Below are positions 26,808-33,286 of a stretch of 33,286 nt of DNA, one piece after another. The position numbers were made by a program, and so were the translations under genes. The number at the start of each line of letters is the position of its first letter. The stretch's first letter is position 1. Origin of the DNA: Candidatus Thorarchaeota archaeon (GTDB taxonomy: Archaea > Asgardarchaeota > Thorarchaeia > Thorarchaeales > Thorarchaeaceae); contig JBHLQM010000037.1 in assembly GCA_048884785.1 (NCBI GenBank), forward strand, positions 1 through 33,286. Reading direction: 5' to 3'. A model generated the notes under the pieces. The model made no database searches. It was not told where the DNA came from and was given only the letters and a program-made list of their open reading frames with translations.

Positions 26808-27554
26808 TTAGAGTGCCATACCTCCATCGACCGATAGAATTGTTCCTGTACAAAATTCCGCCTTCACTAGATACATAATTCCTTCAGCAATCTCCTCTGG
26901 TCGTCCTATACGTCCCAACGGCTGTCGTTCAATGAACTTCTTTCTGGCATCAATGGGATCTGGAAGCTTTGACAATCGGTCAGCAAGGGAAGGGGTATCC
27001 GTCGTTCCGGGACAGATGCAATTCACTCGAATTCGTTCGTTCTTATAATCTGCTGCCATTGCGCGAGTGAGCGCTAGCAGAGCGCCTTTTGTTGCCGTGT
27101 AGGCGGCTCTGTCCTCAACTCCTTTCAATGCGACTGCTGAAGATACATTTACAATCGTCCCTTGTGTTTTTTTAAGGTGGGGGATGGCAAATTTAGACAT
27201 TAGATAGGGGCCTCTAACATTAACAGCAATACTTCGGTCCCAATCTTCTATACTCATGCTGTCTATCTTTCCCGGGATGACAACTCCTGCATTATTGATG
27301 AGTATATCCAGCTGTCCATATACTTCGATGGTCTGATCTATTATATTTCGCGCGTCCTCGATTTCAGCAACATCGCCTCTGGCAAAATGAGCCAGACCCC
27401 CTTCAGAGGATATCTCTCTAACTATCTCAATTCCAATATCAGATATGTCATTGCAAACAACATTGCAACCTTCTTTTGCTAGAGCCCGCGAAGTGGCAGC
27501 TCCAATTCCTACGGCAGCGCCTGTGATAATCGCGACTTTATTACTCAATATCAT
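26808..27554 (-). CDS. SDR oxidoreductase (BDH2/DHRS6-like, probably NAD)
   Basis: TGAAVGIG, NNAG, YTATK, NCICPGTTDTPSL, RQPLGR. Start placed at ATG 27554. Confidence 0.88.
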   Translation of the reverse strand: MILSNKVAIITGAAVGIGAATSRALAKEGCNVVCNDISDIGIEIVREISSEGGLAHFARGDVAEIEDARNIIDQTIEVYGQLDILINNAGVVIPGKIDSMSIEDWDRSIAVNVRGPYLMSKFAIPHLKKTQGTIVNVSSAVALKGVEDRAAYTATKGALLALTRAMAADYKNERIRVNCICPGTTDTPSLADRLSKLPDPIDARKKFIERQPLGRIGRPEEIAEGIMYLVKAEFCTGTILSVDGGMAL

Positions 27555-27645
27555 CTCATTTCGTTCAACTGTGTGCGTTCCTATGTATTCAACCATGCGA
27601 TTATATCATTCACAGAGAAACTATAGTCGCTCTCATTTTATCGAG

Positions 27646-28326
27646 TCATTCATCAACTATTATCTCACAAAATATACTTGAACGGTCAATCTCGCTAATC
27701 ACCGCTTCGACTCCAATTCTATCAGTAATTTCCAGAAAATCATCGGCTCCAAATGTTGTCGCCTTGAAACCATCCTTGCATACTATAACACCATCACGTG
27801 TGTGATTCCAATCGATTTCTCCGAGAAGACCTTCCGCCGCCTGAAGCTGAAACCATTCCAAACGAGAATCCCAGAACTTCTCGGAGTAGCTTGAAAACAA
27901 GCACTTTCCTCCTTTCCGCGTTACTCTAATACTCTCACGCAATAGGTCTTCGGGGTTCAACTTGAATGCAGAGATGCCATTCTGAACACAGACAACAATG
28001 TCAAAGATGTTATCTGAAAATCCAAGAGAACTGGCATTCATTTGAAAGAGATGGATATTCTTCTGTTGGTTAAGCTTCTTTGCCATGACAAGACTTTCCA
28101 AGGATGTGTCTATACCGCAAGCTGACCGAGCCTTTTCCGCCATTTTGAAGAGAGCTCGTCCGTATCCACAGCCTAATTCGAGAACCTTATCGTTCAATGA
28201 AATATGACTAGTAGCATGCTGAAGTTCTGCCTCGAGATACTCTATTGTTCGTGGCGGTGCTATGTCATAACATTTCTTGAGGCGTTCAGCTGAAAGTGCT
28301 CCTGTATAGTAATGATCCGAGGACAT
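27646..28326 (-). CDS. Class I SAM-dependent methyltransferase
   Basis: VLELGCGYGR, GID.S, FDIV, E..RV...GG. Start placed at ATG 28326. Confidence 0.9.
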   Translation of the reverse strand: MSSDHYYTGALSAERLKKCYDIAPPRTIEYLEAELQHATSHISLNDKVLELGCGYGRALFKMAEKARSACGIDTSLESLVMAKKLNQQKNIHLFQMNASSLGFSDNIFDIVVCVQNGISAFKLNPEDLLRESIRVTRKGGKCLFSSYSEKFWDSRLEWFQLQAAEGLLGEIDWNHTRDGVIVCKDGFKATTFGADDFLEITDRIGVEAVISEIDRSSIFCEIIVDE

Positions 28327-28408
28327 AGCACATATTCTAATCAAGCCGCAGTGAAAGAGTTTTTCTTGCAATTGAAAACAGCAAGATTGCCCGGTAGATG
28401 ATGCAAGT

Positions 28409-29947
28409 ATGTCTGAACAGGTCGAGAATTCACTTACACCGGATCAGACTCAGCAGGCACTATCAAAAATGGTCAAGCAAGGTGTGGCGGTTCAAGTAAA
28501 GACCACGCTGACAGAGGGTGTCTTTCTTGTCGGATTTGCGTTGCTCTTGGGTGCGCCCAATATAGTCATTGGTATTTTGGCGGCAGTTCCTTCATTGGTA
28601 CAGCTCCTTCAGATTCCTGCAGTAATCCTCGTTGAGAAAATTGGGGAGAGAAGAAGAGTCAACTTTGTCACGCAACTCGGGAATAGGCTTGCGGTCCTGT
28701 TCATGGCGCTCATTCCGTTTCTGGGGTCTTTTAGTGGAAGCTATCTTCTACTCGTTCTTGCAGTAGGAATCCAGGGCGTTTTCTCTGCTATCGGAGCTCC
28801 TTCCTGGAATTCGTGGCTGAGAGATCTTGTTCCTGATGCCCAGTTAGGACGATTTTTCTCTAGAAGAATGGCTCTAACCAGCTTTGTTGCCATTATCGTA
28901 TCTCTTGGCGGGGGTTATTTCATAGGAGAATGGTACTCTCTTGGCGCTGAAGCTTCAATGCTTGGCTACGCAATTCTCTTTCTAATCGCCTTTCTAGCAG
29001 GAATGCTAGCCGTATATTATACAAGTACAACTCCAGAACCAAAACTGCAGTTCCCCAGTGTTAAAACTAAGTTCTCAGAGCTAATTCGGCGGCCATTTGA
29101 TGATAAGAACTTTAGGAATTTGATGTGGTTCTCTGTTGTTTGGACATTGAGTACATCCTTGGCTGCATCATTCTTTGCAGTTTACCTGCTGGGTAGGCTG
29201 GGTCTCGGATTGTTTCTAGCGACGATTCTCACTGCATTGACACAAATGGTAAGCATTGTTTTCTTCCGTTTTTGGGGTAGGCTTTCAGATAAGCTAACCA
29301 ATAAATCCATCCTACAATTCTCAACGCCTTTATTCATTCTCGGTACATTCCTGTGGACGTTTACTAGTGTTGCAACAACCTACTCTGTTGTTATCCCACT
29401 ACTTGTAATCATTCATCTAATATCGGGATTCTCTGCAGCAGGTGTGAATCTGACCTCGAGCAATATTGGCCTAAAGCTTGCTCCAAGAGGACAAGCAACT
29501 TCCTATCTTGCTGCAAGAGGCGCCTTTATCGCCGTTGCGGGAACAATAGGTCCTCTAATTGGAGGTGTATTGGCGGACCTATTTGCCAACCATACGCTAG
29601 AGTTCGCTTTAACATGGTACGGGCTGAACGGAGAAGTGATTCTATTTTTACCGACTTACCGAATCACAGGCCTAGATTTCGTCTTCATTCTCTCAGCCAT
29701 TGTAGGAATCTATGCGCTTCACAGGCTTGCATATGTCACTGAAGTAGGAGAGGTCGAAGAAAAAATTGTACTGGATGCAATAATAGCTGAAACGAGGCGC
29801 AATGTTCGTACACTGACCACTATTGATGGATTAAGACACACCTTTCAGGTTCCATTGTCAGACATTCGCAAGAAATCTCGTAGAAAGAAGATTCAAGAAC
29901 ACAGTAAGGCTGATACCGCCGATGCAAAAGGAGAGCAAAAAACCTGA
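28409..29947 (+). CDS. MFS transporter
   Basis: About 12 TM; W.SW..DLVP...GRFFS.R, WGRLSDK, GPLIGG. Confidence 0.9.
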   Translation: MSEQVENSLTPDQTQQALSKMVKQGVAVQVKTTLTEGVFLVGFALLLGAPNIVIGILAAVPSLVQLLQIPAVILVEKIGERRRVNFVTQLGNRLAVLFMALIPFLGSFSGSYLLLVLAVGIQGVFSAIGAPSWNSWLRDLVPDAQLGRFFSRRMALTSFVAIIVSLGGGYFIGEWYSLGAEASMLGYAILFLIAFLAGMLAVYYTSTTPEPKLQFPSVKTKFSELIRRPFDDKNFRNLMWFSVVWTLSTSLAASFFAVYLLGRLGLGLFLATILTALTQMVSIVFFRFWGRLSDKLTNKSILQFSTPLFILGTFLWTFTSVATTYSVVIPLLVIIHLISGFSAAGVNLTSSNIGLKLAPRGQATSYLAARGAFIAVAGTIGPLIGGVLADLFANHTLEFALTWYGLNGEVILFLPTYRITGLDFVFILSAIVGIYALHRLAYVTEVGEVEEKIVLDAIIAETRRNVRTLTTIDGLRHTFQVPLSDIRKKSRRKKIQEHSKADTADAKGEQKT

Positions 29948-29999
29948 TTTAATCTGCTCACTTGACTCTGAGTCAAAACTAATCCTATACTTGCTGGGA

Positions 30000-30027
30000 G
30001 AAGGGAGTTCATCTCAGAACCCCCTTC
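30000..30027. terminator. Hairpin between convergent MFS and oxidoreductase genes
   Basis: GAAGGGAGTTC-atctca-GAACCCCCTTC (10 of 11 pairs); no clear T-tract. Confidence 0.35.
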
Positions 30028-30170
30028 ACTCGTATTGCTATTATTCATGCTTTGTCTGTGTGCTCTGCTGGTATGAATCTAGTATTATGTTTGATATTGA
30101 AGAGACTGGCTCGCCATCAATAATACCAAGCACTGTTTCACGCCCGCTTGACGCTTGTGTCTCAATTAAA

Positions 30171-31106
30171 CTACGCCCAGTATGGCTTTCTGATGTACTT
30201 GTATGCATTGTGGGCTGCTAGTGCTCCTTGCGCAGCCGCAATTGTTGCAAGTTGATATACTGAAACAATATCACCAGCTGCAAAAACACCTTCAACATTA
30301 GTTCTCATTTCAGTATCAGTTTTAATGAAATTGCCATTCATCATTAGGCCAAGGTCTACGAAGATCTCTGTGTTGGGCACAAGACCAACAGCGATAATGA
30401 CTCTATCAACAGCGAGTTTTTTGTTCTCCCCGGTCACGCTGTTTCTAAGCATTACCCAAGATACCTCTGACTCACCACCAATTTCAACAAGTTCAGTGTT
30501 ATACAGAATTTCAGCCATCTTCTCATCGATGACTCTTTTCACAGTAGTTTCTGCAGCTCTGAATTCATCCCGTCTATGTGCGAGCCAGATGTGATTTGTA
30601 ACTGCATGTGCATCAACAACTGCATCTAGGGCGGTATCACCTCCACCAACAACTAACACTCGCTTATCACGAAAGAATGTTGGCTCTGTGACATAAGGGT
30701 ACACGCCACGGTCTTTTCGTGCAAATTCCTGCTCACCTGGTATCCCAAGTAGGCTGGGACGCATTCCTGTAGCGATGATGATCACTTTAGCATTGTATTT
30801 GCCTTCAGTTGTTAAGATCGCCTTCTCACTTGATATGCTAGTGACCCTCTCTGGAATTAAGTAGGCACTTAGGTCAGCACACTGTCGGACCCATTCTGAA
30901 ACAAGATGAGAAGCTATTATCTTCGGGACACCAGGGTAGTTGAAGACATACTTGTACGGATAGATTGTAGAGAGCAAGCCGCCCCACGTGCCGCCCTCAA
31001 ATACTGCAGTCTTGAGTCCCTTATATGCAGATATTATTGCTGCAGAAAGACCCGCAGGACCTCCTCCGATAATAGCAACATCAAACCTCTTTGCCGCTTC
31101 TTGCAA
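30171..31106 (-). CDS. Thioredoxin-reductase-fold NAD(P)/FAD oxidoreductase lacking CxxC (ferredoxin-NADP+ reductase type 2/YumC-like)
   Basis: GGGPAG, GG.L..IYP.K, GGGDTALD, HRRDEFRA, GVFAAGD; active-site region GVYPYVT has no cysteines. Confidence 0.85.
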   Translation of the reverse strand: MQEAAKRFDVAIIGGGPAGLSAAIISAYKGLKTAVFEGGTWGGLLSTIYPYKYVFNYPGVPKIIASHLVSEWVRQCADLSAYLIPERVTSISSEKAILTTEGKYNAKVIIIATGMRPSLLGIPGEQEFARKDRGVYPYVTEPTFFRDKRVLVVGGGDTALDAVVDAHAVTNHIWLAHRRDEFRAAETTVKRVIDEKMAEILYNTELVEIGGESEVSWVMLRNSVTGENKKLAVDRVIIAVGLVPNTEIFVDLGLMMNGNFIKTDTEMRTNVEGVFAAGDIVSVYQLATIAAAQGALAAHNAYKYIRKPYWA

Positions 31107-31226
31107 GAACCATTCCTCAATTAACTATTGTTTTTCCCCTTAATAAAATGAGGGGTTTGGTCTGAGCATTGGCAACATGTTGAGAGGCGTGGGCCTTGCT
31201 TTGATTCATCATTGATTATAGTGAAA

Positions 31227-31739
31227 CTAGAGCCTTCCTGTGTCTTTCATCCAACGTAGAATTCTTCCTTTGGCCCAACGGTAGTGATTTGCGGTATTTG
31301 CCAGAATGAATCCGGCAATAGTGTCTCGCTTTGTCCATTCAAATCTCCCTTGCCCCAACATGTCTTCTTCTGGAATAGATTTGATTGTCTTGAGCACAGT
31401 GTCATAGGAGCTCTGAAACTCACTCTTCACATCCTGCAGTTTTCTCGCACGATGTCTTTCAAACACTTGCTGATTCAAAATGCGCAATTCACTCCATTTC
31501 AATCCAGGGGCAGGAGTTTCTGGTACTTCACCTCGCAATCCAGCATTATACCATCCGAGAAACCTCTGTTCCCAGTCAAATAGATGAGCCATTATATCTT
31601 TGACAGACCATTTGCCTATAACATTGGGCTCCAACATATCCTCATCTGAGAGCAATGATAGATTCTTCTCCAGACGTCTCCGTTCTGTAAGTATGCTTTC
31701 AATGATCCTTTCTTTTGTCCATCGAGCCATTCGTGTCAC
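31227..31739 (-). CDS. ClbS/DfsB (DinB superfamily) four-helix-bundle protein
   Basis: WSVKDIMAHLFDW, PAPG.KW, LN, NT..HY.WA. Alternative ATG at 31730. Confidence 0.82.
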   Translation of the reverse strand: MTRMARWTKERIIESILTERRRLEKNLSLLSDEDMLEPNVIGKWSVKDIMAHLFDWEQRFLGWYNAGLRGEVPETPAPGLKWSELRILNQQVFERHRARKLQDVKSEFQSSYDTVLKTIKSIPEEDMLGQGRFEWTKRDTIAGFILANTANHYRWAKGRILRWMKDTGRL

Positions 31740-31788
31740 ACCCTAGTCAATGTGCAATCAAATGACCGGACTGGAAAATTTGAGCGTT

Positions 31789-32979
31789 TCACTCAGAAAA
31801 ACCGAGATTATAGCCTTCAATCACATCGTGCATTCGCACCATGGTGTCAGTAGCCATGTTGATGCCATACTTCCAATCCCAAGGACCAAAACCACATTCT
31901 GCCCCCGCAAAGGGTACTCTTTCAATACCATATTGAGCCACTGTTTCTTTCAGAAGATGTTTCATCTCTCTCTTTGATTGCAGGTATTTCTCATAGTTCC
32001 CTGAGAGTATTTCTTTCCAGGATTCTTTGATGTCGTCGCTTTGACCAAATGTAGGCCCATCGGTCCTGACAATTGCAGCACGGATGAACTTGTCATAATC
32101 TTCTAGCCAGCGACGTTTGACATACACCCCAACATGAGCTTCGAGCAGGTTCCAGTCCGCATTGAAGGCATTCTCAAAAGGTGACGCGTGTAGGTGAATT
32201 CCTCTATAGCAATCTAGTGGGACATTCTTGTAAATATCGTTCCAACATGTAATCAGATGGTTCGTAGATGAGTCAGTGGATATATCAGAGAAAAAATCTC
32301 CGAAGCCCTCTAGAGCGAATGCAGGTTCATCAATTGTAACTACTTCGGGTACTAGATATTTTGAGGTAAGCAGAGAATTACCTGCAAAAACTTTCACCAC
32401 TTCGGAGAAATATTCCACGAGCTTTTCATCGTATGTTCGAGGAAATCCCGCCAATCTCTGAAGGTTTAACGACAACTCGAGGGGGCCTGTTATGCATGCT
32501 TTGTATGAAATCTTCTCAACATTGAGTGTTTTGCATAATCTTTCCGCGCCGCTTTGAAGAGCAATAATTTCTGGAAAGGCGAGTGCATCATGTGAAGGGG
32601 GATCATTTCCCATAGCTATTGTGATTGCTACGGCTTGAGCTTCCTCTTTTGTGATTCCCCCAAAACTAGTGCTGATATCAGTTTGCATCCGATTTGCTCC
32701 TGCCACATGACTTACCACAGGTAGCAAGAATTGATCTATCATCCCTCTACATTGAGCATATGATGTTACTGCAATGTCAGGGCCCATTGATTTAGCTTTT
32801 TGCACAAAAACTGAGTTATGTTTGGAAATGAAATATGACGCGTTTTCAGTACTGGCGTTCAAACCTTGCTGCCCTAGCTCTATTGCTCCTTGGACATATC
32901 GTTTGAAGTCAGCGTCTAGGGGAAAGCTTCCGACATCTATAGGTCTGATACGCGTTTCGTAATTCATTGGCGGGATCAA
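31789..32979 (-). CDS. Cobalamin-independent methionine synthase catalytic-domain-like protein (single barrel)
   Basis: DVGSFP, ITGP, IDEP, GIHLH, E, and GAECG in the order typical of the MetE C-terminal domain. Confidence 0.6.
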   Translation of the reverse strand: MIPPMNYETRIRPIDVGSFPLDADFKRYVQGAIELGQQGLNASTENASYFISKHNSVFVQKAKSMGPDIAVTSYAQCRGMIDQFLLPVVSHVAGANRMQTDISTSFGGITKEEAQAVAITIAMGNDPPSHDALAFPEIIALQSGAERLCKTLNVEKISYKACITGPLELSLNLQRLAGFPRTYDEKLVEYFSEVVKVFAGNSLLTSKYLVPEVVTIDEPAFALEGFGDFFSDISTDSSTNHLITCWNDIYKNVPLDCYRGIHLHASPFENAFNADWNLLEAHVGVYVKRRWLEDYDKFIRAAIVRTDGPTFGQSDDIKESWKEILSGNYEKYLQSKREMKHLLKETVAQYGIERVPFAGAECGFGPWDWKYGINMATDTMVRMHDVIEGYNLGFSE

Positions 32980-32992
32980 GCCTCTTTTTTTG

Positions 32993-33286
32993 TCATCCTA
33001 AGATTTCGTCCATGGAACCAGTACGGTATCCTTGAATATCAAGCGTGACATACTTGAAGCCAATATTCTTTGCAATGTTATTTAGCCGATTGAGAAGCTC
33101 CAAGTCAAACAGCTTTGCTCGCTCTTCAGTCCCTACTTCAATTCGTAATACATCACCATGATACCTTGCACGAACACACTCAACTCCAAAGAGATCACGA
33201 ACTGTCTGTTCTACTTCATCAACCATCCTTATTCGTTCCTCAGTGATTTCAGTTCCATAGGGGAATCTGCTCGAGAGACATGCCAT
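32993..33286 (-). CDS. larE: ATP-dependent sacrificial sulfur transferase LarE, C-terminal part (5' end outside window)
   Basis: ACLSSRFPYG..IT, R.R.HG..RIEV, GFKYVTLD..GYRTGSM. Confidence 0.9.
   Translation of the reverse strand: MACLSSRFPYGTEITEERIRMVDEVEQTVRDLFGVECVRARYHGDVLRIEVGTEERAKLFDLELLNRLNNIAKNIGFKYVTLDIQGYRTGSMDEILG

Noticed and set aside
29922-30221. 99-aa plus-strand ORF and a short minus-strand frame (..GRETVLGIIDGEPV..) in the MFS-FNR gap
   Set aside because: The plus ORF overlaps both flanking genes and has no family motif; the minus frame lacks a credible start. Any resemblance to a gene remnant is too weak.
1-33286. Selenoprotein or pyrrolysine read-through and SECIS elements
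   Set aside because: Recognisable genes appear full length at their stops. I found no in-frame TGA/TAG at a conserved Cys position and no convincing AUGA/GA SECIS stem by eye.
1-33286. CRISPR arrays, tRNA/rRNA, IS elements, prophage
   Set aside because: No regularly spaced direct repeats, cloverleaf/T-loop context, transposase, integrase or phage genes seen.

Overview
Gene-dense, low-to-mid GC chromosomal region with about 40 CDSs. I saw no rRNA, tRNA, CRISPR array, integrase or transposase. Several features point to an anaerobic archaeon, most likely Asgard (Thorarchaeota-like); this is inference, not a database result. They are GGTGA/AGGTG/GGAG Shine-Dalgarno motifs, TTG/GTG starts, TATA-like promoters, an archaeal-type MoaA without the C-terminal GG, a Bat-type HTH protein, a short MetE-like protein and a wHTH family I associate with Asgard genomes. 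The centrepiece is a minus-strand tungstate-uptake plus Mo/W-pterin cofactor cluster (tupABC-moaA-moaE-moaC-moaB-moeA-moeB, no moaD). Two ModE-like operator boxes lie in front of tupA and moaA. Other content: superoxide reductase, ECF S component, single-chain bacterial-type transketolase plus SDR, a PadR/methyltransferase-like fusion upstream of a cell-surface protein, a PNPOx-MarR operon with tandem palindromic operators, an OCD/mu-crystallin plus PLP dehydratase pair facing a BDH2-like SDR, an MFS transporter, a TrxR-type ferredoxin-NADP reductase, a ClbS/DfsB-like protein, a MetE-like protein and a partial larE. The most novel-looking signals are non-coding (ModE-like boxes, a candidate promoter-driven two-hairpin sRNA, several operator palindromes) plus the putative dehydratase/imine-reductase module. 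No single dramatic new system is proven by the sequence alone.
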